Shown here: piece by piece, positions 1 to 8,807 of the stretch
Numbering within the stretch: the stretch's first letter is position 1
Layout: every line of letters begins with the position of its first letter
Program-made: the position numbers and the translations under genes
From: Candidatus Poribacteria bacterium
GTDB taxonomy: Bacteria; Poribacteria; WGA-4E; JAJDTR01
Direction: 5' to 3'
NCBI GenBank assembly: GCA_965222225.1
Contig: CBDCTK010000002.1
Span: 640,001 to 704,000 of the forward strand
Length of the DNA stretch: 64,000 nt
Notes under the pieces: generated by a model
Seen by the model: only the letters and a program-made list of their open reading frames with translations
Database searches by the model: none
What the model was told of the DNA's origin: nothing

Positions 1-381
1 TACAGAATAATCAACCACCCAAGACAATGATGCCTCATCAAATTCTGCCTGCCGAACCCAATCCCTCTTTTGAGCTTTCGCATATCGTATAAAATGCTTG
101 CAAGCCCAAATCGCTGCATCCTTTACACACACCACCATCGGGTGTCTGTCGGGTTTGATATATTTTAGATTGTTGAGTAGTTGGATTCTTGCCTCTTGAA
201 TAACATCATAAGCCGACCAACCCGTGTGAATATCAATTTTATTGAAATAGTTTATGACTGTCTTGTAAATTAGACTGTCGTATTGAAGGAGAATTATATT
301 ACCTGCTCTGTTATCGCCCGACAGGTATGCTGCGATTAACGATTCTATTTCATCATTGGACAGTCTTGATAATCTTCTCAT
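1..381 (-). CDS. Sigma-70 family (region 2-like) protein, runs off the window edge; not in the ORF track
   Basis: Manual translation from ATG at 381 gives an open frame to position 1: MRRLSRLSNDEIESLIAAYLSGDNRAGNIILLQYDSLIYKTVINYFNKIDIHTGWSAYDVIQEARIQLLNNLKY... The pattern 'L..A...GD..A...L...Y..LI....' followed by 'D..QE..I.L' fits sigma regions 1.2/2. Confidence 0.6.
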   Translation of the reverse strand, partial: MRRLSRLSNDEIESLIAAYLSGDNRAGNIILLQYDSLIYKTVINYFNKIDIHTGWSAYDVIQEARIQLLNNLKYIKPDRHPMVVCVKDAAIWACKHFIRYAKAQKRDWVRQAEFDEASLSWVVDYSV

Positions 382-593
382 ACCAACCCCCGCTTTTTGT
401 GTATCGGTGAAATGTACCCTCAAATCGTGAAATATACCAGTTTGAGATTGGTGTAAGGTGAGGGGGGTTTGCTAGGGGTTGGTGAAATGCTCTCTGGTGA
501 GACTGACGGGGTTTTGTTCGGGTTCGGGTATGTTACCCTGATTCGTAAATAGAACCCCGCCTGGTGTGCCTGAAGTGTGTTCTTGAATTTGTA

Positions 594-818
594 TCAGACT
601 GATAGGGATTGTTGATTCAGATTACGGGGTGTGTACAGGTTCGGATTGGTTGAAAACATTATCGGAATACACTTCCTGTTTGGGTCAAGTAAACGGAGAA
701 ATGACTGAGTGAAAATTCCCTCACCTGGTTTCAATCCTGTGTGTACAAGATGCTTTCGTTGGTGTCGGAGTTCGTAACGCAATTTGTCAAGGTCAACAGT
801 CATAAATTTAGCCTCCAA
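594..818 (-). CDS. Hypothetical protein (74 aa)
   Basis: ORF track only; same strand as neighbours; GGAGG lies just ahead of the internal ATG (MTVDLDK). No recognisable motif. Confidence 0.3.
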   Translation of the reverse strand: MEAKFMTVDLDKLRYELRHQRKHLVHTGLKPGEGIFTQSFLRLLDPNRKCIPIMFSTNPNLYTPRNLNQQSLSV

Positions 819-1302
819 TGAGTGTGATTAGTTCTGCGAAATAACTGAAAATCAAACCGATTTCAAGGAATGTGAATTTATCCATAAAATCAACTCAATA
901 TTTGTCAAATCAGGGGGTTCTTTTATGTAATGGCAGGCTTCTGGAGTGCCTTTATGGATGTTTTGGCGGTGTGTTAGTGTCGGGGTGGAGTGTTTTGGTA
1001 CTGTAAGGGCTTGTAGGGGGGTTGTATTGGTTCGGGTAGGTTTTTTGTTGACACCTGAAAGCGATAAAAACCCCGTGTGGGGCTTTGGTGTTCTTTTGTG
1101 GGCGTTCTGTGGGGGATGGCTAATCGGGATGAATTACTGTTGCGTTTCTCGGCAGGCTTGGGCGGGGCTAGGGTGATAATCTATTGGCTGGAAGTCGTAA
1201 ACGATGTACTCGGAGCCGTGGGGTGCAGATTCCCGAATGACTTCAACGTTCTGAATTTTCGCCTCCACGAAATCTGCCTTGGTTATCTTCGGTAGAATTC
1301 TT

Positions 1303-1959
1303 TCAGAAAAAACGCCAGGATATTAGGATGACTACCGTGAGGAGTATAATTAAAATTCCTATAATGCAAAGCCCCCAGCGAATAACAGGGATTATCGGTT
1401 GCGCCCATTTGTGGGCGTCGATAACCTGCCAACTGAACCATAGTATCAACTCTGAAATCATTAAAGCGGTTAATGCACGTTTAGCAAATGGCGTGTCATA
1501 GAGCGTAAAGTCAGGATTCCGAACACCGTAAATGACAAGCATCACGCCGACAGTATGGAGTAGCAATCGCGACCTGACAGCGGCGCTCTCCAACGGCTTT
1601 GAAGAACCCTTAGGAATATAATCACCAACTCTACTTGCATATACACGTAGTTTTTCACGATTATCTCTGAATCCTTTGGAGATGCGCTGCATGGCGTAGG
1701 AAAACTTTACAAACACAGCACCACCTATAAGCAATTGCCACCACTCAGGCTTGAAGGCTTCGTCCCCTAGACCAAGTGTCACTAATCCGATGGCAACTCC
1801 CACCTGAAACAACTGCCATTCTAACCTGTACCAAGAGCGTTCTGATTCGAATCGCTGCCGGTAAATCTCGCGCTCGTCTTCGGATGCCATAATCAAGTCC
1901 TGTGAGAGTTTATAGTGTTCAGTGTCGCGGAGAATGTTAGTACATGCTGCGGCTGACAA
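1303..1959 (-). CDS. Hypothetical multi-pass membrane protein (true start probably MASEDERE, ~1890)
   Basis: About five hydrophobic segments in the translation; no family recognised. Confidence 0.6.
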   Translation of the reverse strand: MSAAACTNILRDTEHYKLSQDLIMASEDEREIYRQRFESERSWYRLEWQLFQVGVAIGLVTLGLGDEAFKPEWWQLLIGGAVFVKFSYAMQRISKGFRDNREKLRVYASRVGDYIPKGSSKPLESAAVRSRLLLHTVGVMLVIYGVRNPDFTLYDTPFAKRALTALMISELILWFSWQVIDAHKWAQPIIPVIRWGLCIIGILIILLTVVILISWRFF

Positions 1960-2169
1960 TGAAAGTATTTTAGAACAGACGAGCGTTGATTACAAGCACC
2001 AGTTTCTAATTAAACACAAAGAATAACGCTGGCGAAATTCCATCCATATCCAATCAAAATCTCAAGAGTGCATCTGTCTTGTCAAAACCCTTGAAAATCA
2101 AAAAATGTTACCTTAGCCTTATATCCACAGTCTAGGGGGGATACCAAGGGGAAATAAAGAATATAAGTA

Positions 2170-3302
2170 TTAACCAATATTTTTTTGGATTTTACTTACG
2201 TGTTGCCTACTCAGTCCACTAAGTTTTGAAATGTTGACAAAAGACACCTTTACCCCTGTCGCCTCCAGTTCAGCAATAGCATCCTCAATTTTCTGTCTAT
2301 TATTCAAAGTTCTTTTTGCTGCCGAAAAGGATTGGTTCATGCGCTGCATATCCGAGTGATATGATTTGGGGTTGAAAATGCCCTGCATTGAATCAAAAAC
2401 GAACTGTAAAGTATTGAAACGATAATCACATCGCTTTTCCCATTTATCTCGGTAAAGTTTAGACTGTCGCATAACCTCGTGGCAGACAGTGAACGTTAAC
2501 CTCTTCAAATCGTAATCATCCAAATTTCCAAAGTAGCTTTTCAGGAAGTGTTCACTTTTTGCAAAAAACATAACACATGACATCAAACCCAAATCCGCCT
2601 CACTCTGCGTAGGGTATCTTTTCTTGTTATCTTCCCATTTACCGTTAAACAATCTCAAAAATGTTGCCTTGTTTTTTGCTCTTGCTAGTGAATCAGTAAG
2701 ATTTACGATTATTGCCTTATCAACATCGTAGTAGTCTGAAATCTCATAATATCCACCTACCGAACCCGAATCCTTATTTTTTGCACCAAGAAATGGAAAT
2801 GTAGTGTTCAGGTTTGGGTACACACCAACATCGGGTGTGGTTGGAATATGATTTGCGGTAAAATCAAAAAATCTACCCCAAGGATATATTTCAAACCTTC
2901 CTTGATTAAGTGCATACTTCTTTCGGTAATTGTCTGGTAGAGTTCCATATCCGTATATGTGAACACCCTTCCCCGAACCGCTTATTTCTGCCCAAGTGTT
3001 CGCTTTGTTGACATACCCCATCGCCTCAGCAGTCATATCCCCATTGAATATCACGTTATCTAAGTCAATGCCTATAATGCCGTTCTTTTCAGGGTTGAAT
3101 ACGAACCCAAGCCCAAAGTTCGGGTTGTCTGCCATTTTTTTTTCAGGCAGGTAGAAAGAGGATATGTTCGTTGCAGGTAATTTGTTTCAACGGGGTTTTT
3201 ATCGGGTTTTGATTTGTTCGGGTTGGGTTTAGGATACCAATTCATCCAAGAATTATGATTGGCAAGTTCGGCAGGTATGCTGCGATATTGATTCTGATTC
3301 AT
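2170..3302 (-). CDS. NrS-1-type primase-polymerase (AEP) with helix-bundle and C-terminal HTH; split by a frameshift at an A9 run (T run 3135-3143)
   Basis: The N-terminal ORF 3072-3302 has 'IPAELA..NSW..W...K..KNP'. ORF 2170-3135 has 'GLGFVF', 'GIDLD', 'AEISGSGKGVHI', 'TQSEADLGL' and an HTH-like end 'VSFVNISKLSGLSRQHVSK'. One extra A joins them (LKKK-MADN). Confidence 0.75.
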
Positions 3303-3373
3303 TTCACTTCCCCCTCAAGTTTTTCGATTTCCCCCCTTGGTCGTTGGATGTAATGTAATGGTTTTTTGTAATT

Positions 3374-3505
3374 ATGTTCGGCATGGTTTTCTTTGTGTCT
3401 GTGAAATTTGATCGTCAATTGCGCAAGATTGATTTGCTTAGGAAAGAGGTTGGCGAAGTGAAGGAGTCCTTAAAGGAAATTGAAAGCAAACTAGAGACCG
3501 AGTAG
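3374..3505 (+). CDS. Small ORF (43 aa), short hydrophobic N-terminus plus coiled coil; may be a remnant
   Basis: Manual translation MFGMVFFVSVKFDRQLRKIDLLRKEVGEVKESLKEIESKLETE; no clear RBS. Confidence 0.3.
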   Translation: MFGMVFFVSVKFDRQLRKIDLLRKEVGEVKESLKEIESKLETE

Positions 3506-3541
3506 TTTGACTTGGAGTGTATTTCACTCAAGTAGTCGATA

Positions 3542-3570
3542 TAAAAAAAGACGGGGTGGTCAGCCCCGCC
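3542..3570 (-). terminator. Rho-independent terminator after the 242-aa gene
   Basis: Minus strand GGCGGGG-ctgacca-CCCCGTC followed by TTTTTTT. Confidence 0.75.
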
Positions 3571-3625
3571 TATAATTGATAATACTACTGCAATCTCTAC
3601 ACGCCCTAAAGCGTGGAATCGTCCC

Positions 3626-4354
3626 TTAGCTAAACTTTAGCGATGCTTGAGTAAGATTATCCTCTCCGATGTCCCAGTATTGCTTGTGATGCGGTTGAAA
3701 ATCTTTATCCACCATATCGTATCCAAAGACAAAAGATTCAACCTTTGCTAAATTGCGCAAGTTATTCTTAGCCAATTTATGCCAGTCTTCGATTTTGGAT
3801 ATTCCTTCGTTCATGTGATGGATATCATTCCTGTGGCTTTTATAGATAGCTATGGATGCGTCCGCAACCTCAGGAGTAAGGAGTTCGTCGTTCTTGAGTA
3901 TAACAGTAGCCTTATCCTGCGTCATTTGGTCGAGTTCTTTTCTGCCGTTGCGGTCAATTACAAATTTAATAATCCCTTCGTTGACTGGGTGGGACAACAT
4001 CGCACAAGCATTAAACAACCCAGACCGATAGGTTTGAAAACACTCGTCAAAGTGTTTAGCAAAATGGGGGTCCTTTTGCGGTCTGAAATTGAAGGATTTA
4101 CGGTACACCTCAAAGTAGCGTTCTATGTGCCATATCAGTAGATTTACAGGTATTCCTTGCAGGTCTCGGCTGTAAATCACTTGCTCCGCAGTTTCAATGT
4201 GTTTCTCAGTGCTCATGCCCTGAAAGTGCTCATCAAGGTCATCATGTGATTCCAAAACCATCAATGCGAGTCGATTTATCGTGGAGTAATATTCATTTCG
4301 GAATAACTCTTGAGGTGTATCGGACACTGCGGTTTGTTCCTTACCTTCGCTCAT
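3626..4354 (-). CDS. Hypothetical protein with probable HEPN (DUF4145-like) domain
   Basis: 'YRSGLFNACAML...EGIIK' helix followed by an Rx4H motif 'RNDIHH'; GGAGAG RBS and an extended -10 promoter upstream. Confidence 0.55.
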   Translation of the reverse strand: MSEGKEQTAVSDTPQELFRNEYYSTINRLALMVLESHDDLDEHFQGMSTEKHIETAEQVIYSRDLQGIPVNLLIWHIERYFEVYRKSFNFRPQKDPHFAKHFDECFQTYRSGLFNACAMLSHPVNEGIIKFVIDRNGRKELDQMTQDKATVILKNDELLTPEVADASIAIYKSHRNDIHHMNEGISKIEDWHKLAKNNLRNLAKVESFVFGYDMVDKDFQPHHKQYWDIGEDNLTQASLKFS

Positions 4355-4384
4355 TGACTCTCTCTCCTGCGTATTTCGACGCCT

Positions 4385-4414
4385 CCAGATTTGCCTTAAT
4401 TATATCACATTTCC
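4385..4414 (-). promoter_or_regulatory. Extended -10 promoter module, copy 1
   Basis: Minus strand GGAAATG-TGATATAAT-TAAGGCAAATCTGG is a perfect TGnTATAAT; near-identical copy at 4780-4810. Confidence 0.65.
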
Positions 4415-4426
4415 AGCCCCTTGTGT

Positions 4427-4762
4427 TTACCACCCAGACGCCATCGAAGTCCACACACTGAACATAATCCAGACTATGACAACCAACGCAATCAGGTAAA
4501 CCACGTAATTGTGAGATTTCACGGATAAGTTGTCTCCAAGACGCCGATTCATTTCAGCGTCAATGGGCTTTCTGGGGGCATTACATACATCGCAATAGAG
4601 CATATATCTCTTTTTGAAGTTAGCTTTGAACAACCAAATAAATCTATGATAGTTGAATATCACCAACACCCGAAAAGGTCTCATTTCCTCACACTTTCGG
4701 CAGTAGTGTATAATCTCACCCACTTCCTCTCTCTTGATTCCTGAATACCATGAAAACCCCAC
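4427..4762 (-). CDS. Zinc-ribbon protein with C-terminal membrane anchor
   Basis: CRKC and CDVC pairs, hydrophobic C-terminus, GGAGAGGGG RBS before GTG. Confidence 0.7.
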   Translation of the reverse strand: MGFSWYSGIKREEVGEIIHYCRKCEEMRPFRVLVIFNYHRFIWLFKANFKKRYMLYCDVCNAPRKPIDAEMNRRLGDNLSVKSHNYVVYLIALVVIVWIMFSVWTSMASGW

Positions 4763-4779
4763 AAGATTATTCCCCTCTC

Positions 4780-4810
4780 CAAGATTTGTCTCAATTATAT
4801 CACATTTTCC
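4780..4810 (-). promoter_or_regulatory. Extended -10 promoter module, copy 2
   Basis: Minus strand GGAAAATG-TGATATAAT-TGAGACAAATCTTG. Confidence 0.65.
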
Positions 4811-4933
4811 GACCCAAGAAGGCGTCTGTACGCTTGCTGGTTAAATTCTTGGTGTCCTTCGTGTGGCCTTCAAACACTTCAAAGAATCGCTTATAGAGTG
4901 ATATTGAGTCTCAATAAGGAAGTATTGCAGGCA

Positions 4934-4964
4934 TAAAAAAAGGCAGGGATTTTTAGTCCCTGCC
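4934..4964 (-). terminator. Rho-independent terminator after the integrase remnant
   Basis: Minus strand GGCAGGGA-ctaaaaa-TCCCTGCC followed by TTTTTTT. Confidence 0.8.
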
Positions 4965-4994
4965 GATGGTGATACGGGTTGACTGATATGCGCC

Positions 4995-5431
4995 TCAATC
5001 GCAAGGGAATACCCCTTTTTCCGCTGAATCAAGTTTGTCTTGCATACTCGGCATAGCATATCTCGCGGTCATAGAAAAATCTGCATGACCCATGAGGGAT
5101 TGTACCAAGGTCGGTTTTACATCGCTATTGATTTTCCTTACACAAAACGAATGACGAAGCATGTGCGGGGTAACATGCGGAATCCCATGTTTTTCGCAAA
5201 GTCTCTCATAGTAAATCCGAATAGCACTTGGCGTATAGGCTTCACCCTTGTGAGTGAAAACGAAATTATTGGGATTCTTACTTCTCTCTTGATAACGTGA
5301 TTTGAATCGCTTATAAGACTCAAGTAACGATTGAGGAATACCTAACTTTCGGGTTCGGTTTCGCTTGCTCATTCTAACTGTCAAAGAACCTTCCTTGAGG
5401 TTAATGTGACGGAATTCTGCTTTTTCGCCAC
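4995..5431 (-). pseudogene. Tyrosine recombinase/integrase remnant (C-terminal catalytic half only)
   Basis: 'TPHMLRHSF', 'LMGHAD' and 'TARY' are present. The frame extends upstream only to 'AEFRHINLKEGSLTVR' and then a stop. The GGAGG RBS and GTG at ~5431 are out of frame, and the box I Arg and N-terminal domains are missing. Confidence 0.8.
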
Positions 5432-5575
5432 TGTCTTAACCTCCCTTTCCGTAGATTGCGACCACTAAATACATCCCCATTTAACGGCATTAGTTCAAGA
5501 TTGCGTTTTCACTGCAACAATAAAAGAGATGAGATTCAACAACGACAGTCGCGTTTTTTGCCATTGTCAATTAGT

Positions 5576-6406
5576 TTAGGTCAATCGAATCGATTTAAAT
5601 GTTTCAATTTGTTCCGTAATCGCGCGTTCCGTGGGAAGACGCTCGGCACTTGACGCACCGTAGAATCCGACAACGCCTTCGGTACTGTCCAAAATGAATT
5701 GTGCGTCCTCGGGTTCGGCAATCGGTCCACCATGGCAGATGACAAGAATTTCCGGGTTAACGCTTTTCGCGGCGTCGTGTATCGCTTGCACCCGTTTCGC
5801 TGATTCTTCAAGCGTTAGCGCTGTTTTCGCGCCAATGGATCCCTTTGTTGTAAGTCCCATATGTGCCACGAGAATATCCGCCCCGGCGTCTGCCATCTGT
5901 TCGGCTTCCGACTCTTTAAAGGCATACGGTGTTGTCAACAGATTCATTTCGTGGGCGATGCGAATCATTTCCACCTCCGGGCCGTAGCCCATACTCGTCT
6001 CCTCCAAGTTCTGACGGAATAAGCCATCAATCAATCCGACGGTTGGAAAATTCTGTACGCCCGAAAATCCGATGTCACGAATCTGTTTTAGAAACACGTC
6101 CATCAAGCGGAACGGATCTGTACCGCAGACGCCAGCAAGCACCGGTATGTTTTTAACGACGGGTAGCACCTCGCTCGCCATATCAACGACAATCTGATTG
6201 GCATCGCCGTACGGCATCATGCCGGCAAGCGATCCGCGGCCAGCCATGCGAAATCGCCCCGAATTATAGATGACGATGAGGTCAACCCCTCCAGCTTCTT
6301 CGCATTTTGCAGAAATGCCGGTACCAGCACCAGCGCCGATAATCGGGTTGCCAGTCTCAACGTTTGACCGCAACCGAGTTAATATCTCTTCGCGTTTAAA
6401 CTGCAT
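5576..6406 (-). CDS. Phosphoenolpyruvate hydrolase-like / TIM-barrel signal transduction family protein
   Basis: Signatures '[14 protein letters not shown]', '[16 protein letters not shown]', 'GVQNFPTVG', 'CHGGPI', '[12 protein letters not shown]'; GGAGG RBS. Confidence 0.9.
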   Translation of the reverse strand: MQFKREEILTRLRSNVETGNPIIGAGAGTGISAKCEEAGGVDLIVIYNSGRFRMAGRGSLAGMMPYGDANQIVVDMASEVLPVVKNIPVLAGVCGTDPFRLMDVFLKQIRDIGFSGVQNFPTVGLIDGLFRQNLEETSMGYGPEVEMIRIAHEMNLLTTPYAFKESEAEQMADAGADILVAHMGLTTKGSIGAKTALTLEESAKRVQAIHDAAKSVNPEILVICHGGPIAEPEDAQFILDSTEGVVGFYGASSAERLPTERAITEQIETFKSIRLT

Positions 6407-6519
6407 TGTCTCACCTCCATGTAGAAAATGGATTAATCCGATACGAATTCCAAATATAAAAATGACCCAATAGCAACCGGGAGCCGATAATTGAACGTCG
6501 CATTTGATATAATTTGTGT

Positions 6520-7314
6520 TTATTCCGCAACGGCCTTCTTCGGCGGCATGACGACAATCTCGATTCGTCGATTTCGAGCTCGCCCTTCGCGCGTATCGTT
6601 CGTGTCAATCGGACGGTGATAAGCATAACCGACCGCTGCTAGACGACCGGGAGCCACCTTTGCGTGTTCTTGTAGGTATCTCACGGCAGAGATTGCACGT
6701 TCCGTGGACAAATCCCAATTGTTCAACGCCGAACCTCTGAACGGCATGTTGTCCGTATGTCCCTCAACTCGAATCTCCCGGTTCGGATAGCGATTCAAGA
6801 ACGTCGTAGCAATCTTGTCGAGAACACGCTTACCAGCCGGTTTAATCACCGATTTCCCCGAGTCGAAGAGGATCTTGTCCATCAAGTTGACGGTTAGCAT
6901 TCCTTGAAGTTCGGTAATTTGAATCTCCCTGTTTTTAATCTCCTGCTCCAAGCTGCCGACCAAATCTTGATACTCTGCCTCGCGTTTCCTTCGTTCTTCT
7001 TCAAGTTTCCGTTTCTCAGCTCCAATTTTCGCTTTGGCTTTGCTGAGATCGACCGCTTGTTGCTGAATTTCACCGATTGTTTCTTCCAGGATTTCGATTT
7101 TGATAATTTTCGCCGCGACTTCTTCTTGGGATTGGTTCAACTCGCGCCCCAAACGGTTCGATTCCTCTTGGAACTTAATCCGGCTTTCCTGTTCTGTGGC
7201 GAGTACCTCTTCGGTATGCTTGAACTTCACTCGGTAATATGCAATCAAAGCGACGAGAATAACGAGTGTCAAGCCGGCAGCTCCGCCAATTATATATGTC
7301 TGTCTTTTGGTCAT
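6520..7314 (-). CDS. OmpA/MotB family peptidoglycan-binding membrane protein
   Basis: N-terminal TM helix, coiled coil, 'ILFDSGK', 'VEGHTD', 'NWDLSTERA', 'RARNRRIEI'. Confidence 0.9.
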   Translation of the reverse strand: MTKRQTYIIGGAAGLTLVILVALIAYYRVKFKHTEEVLATEQESRIKFQEESNRLGRELNQSQEEVAAKIIKIEILEETIGEIQQQAVDLSKAKAKIGAEKRKLEEERRKREAEYQDLVGSLEQEIKNREIQITELQGMLTVNLMDKILFDSGKSVIKPAGKRVLDKIATTFLNRYPNREIRVEGHTDNMPFRGSALNNWDLSTERAISAVRYLQEHAKVAPGRLAAVGYAYHRPIDTNDTREGRARNRRIEIVVMPPKKAVAE

Positions 7315-7379
7315 CTGGCCTACCTTTGTTCTAAGGGATGTAGAACGTTATGTTCAGTTTCACAGGGCGTGATATTTTT

Positions 7380-8657
7380 TCACAACTTCGCTTGGGTCAT
7401 GAAGGTGGCATAGATTTTCGCCGTCTTCACCAAATCTGAGATACTAACCCGTTCGTTGACTCCGTGCGCACCTTCGCCTCGCGGACCGTAACCCACCCCC
7501 GGTAGTTTTCCGTCTTCCACGAAGAAATGCAGATCAGTGAACCCACCAGTCGGTGCCCACTTCACCGGATTGCGCCGAATCGCACGCACCGATCGGGAGA
7601 ACTCTTGAACCAAGGGTTCCTCCGTATCAACAAGGCACGGCTCAATACGCAATGTAGATTTCACGTCAACTTTCAGTTCTGGTATGTTGTCGCAAGCCGT
7701 CTTGATAGCTCCTCGCAACTCCGATTCCGCTTGATCTAACCGTTCATTAGGCGGTATCCGTCGATCAATTGAAAAGGTTAATTGCGCGGGAACAGTGTTG
7801 ACTTTGTCACCGGAGGTGCCGCTAAAAACCCCACCAATGTTGATTGTGGGCCGTCTTTCGATATCACGGGGCATCCTGAAGGTTCGATGCGGTTTGCCAA
7901 ATTCCTCCTTCAGTGATTGAAGCGCAGTGACCAACTCTGCTGTTTTCTCAAAGGCGTTGAGTCCGCTGCCGGGATTTGCCGCGTGTGCCGCTTTGCCATG
8001 AACCGTGACCTCTAGCCACAAAACACCGTTATGTCCATTACAAACGGTTAAACCGGTACTACCTTCACAATTTACGGCATAGTCCGCTTGCACCAGCCCC
8101 TTGCGAACCACTTCGCCCGCGCCGAGATCGCCACCGATCTCTTCATCGCAAGTAAATGAACATTCGATGTTGAAGCTCGGCTGCGCTCCTGTTTCCCGGA
8201 GCGCCAAGACGGCAAAAAGCAAACACGCAATTGAGTCCTTCATGTCGTCAGAGCCACGGCCATAAAGCCAATCTCCCTTAATTTGAGGGTCGAATGGGTG
8301 AGTGAGCCATTTCCCGGAAACGGGAACAACGTCGAAGTGTGCGTTAAAGTGGACGGTTTTTTCCGCACCCAGATTCCATTTAGCAATAAGGTTCATGCGA
8401 GGATACACATCGGCGTGCGGTACAACCTTTACAGCTTCAGCTTCGGGAACGGGGACAATCCGGGTCTGCATTCCCAACGCGCGACATTTTTCGTCGAGAA
8501 GATCGACAATCTCTGCGTATTTGTCGCCCGGCGGATTCACAGTCGGAATTCGCACCAGTTCTTGAAGCGACGCACAAAGCGCCTTCTTGTTCTGCTCAAT
8601 ATAAGCGTGTGTTTTCTCTATCATAACCCATCTTTTGTTACGCAGTTGAGCGTTCAA
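7380..8657 (-). CDS. M20 family metallopeptidase/deacylase (ArgE/DapE-like); start probably 8624
   Basis: 'NAHFDVVP', 'YGRGSDDMK', 'DEEIGG', 'GKAAHA', 'AHGVNE'. Confidence 0.9.
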   Translation of the reverse strand: MNAQLRNKRWVMIEKTHAYIEQNKKALCASLQELVRIPTVNPPGDKYAEIVDLLDEKCRALGMQTRIVPVPEAEAVKVVPHADVYPRMNLIAKWNLGAEKTVHFNAHFDVVPVSGKWLTHPFDPQIKGDWLYGRGSDDMKDSIACLLFAVLALRETGAQPSFNIECSFTCDEEIGGDLGAGEVVRKGLVQADYAVNCEGSTGLTVCNGHNGVLWLEVTVHGKAAHAANPGSGLNAFEKTAELVTALQSLKEEFGKPHRTFRMPRDIERRPTINIGGVFSGTSGDKVNTVPAQLTFSIDRRIPPNERLDQAESELRGAIKTACDNIPELKVDVKSTLRIEPCLVDTEEPLVQEFSRSVRAIRRNPVKWAPTGGFTDLHFFVEDGKLPGVGYGPRGEGAHGVNERVSISDLVKTAKIYATFMTQAKL

Positions 8658-8774
8658 ATCTACCTAGTCCGGCGACTTCGCTGTAGGGAATAACGATTGT
8701 TTAGGGATTCCATCTAAGAATGGCAATCGGCGATTTGATGAGAGATCTCTATGGGATTGGTATCGCGCAAAGAA

Positions 8775-8806
8775 CTCTATCGCCCTCACTATTCGTTCGG
8801 TTGATC
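8775..8806. repeat. Dispersed REP-like repeat family A, first copy; others at 17241-17281, 23868-23907, 35127-35165, 51426-51456, 52321-52354, 52407-52441, 58994-59043, 61602-61642
   Basis: Shared core TCTATCGCCYTCNNTATTCRYTCRGTTGATC recognised by eye. Confidence 0.8.
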
Positions 8807-8807
8807 C

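Noticed and set aside
5445-5575. tRNA or tmRNA integration site next to the integrase
   Set aside because: No cloverleaf, T-loop consensus or CCA end could be recognised.
6520-7314. Flagellar stator motB
   Set aside because: There is no motA neighbour and the TM helix lacks the conserved Asp motif; called generic OmpA/MotB.
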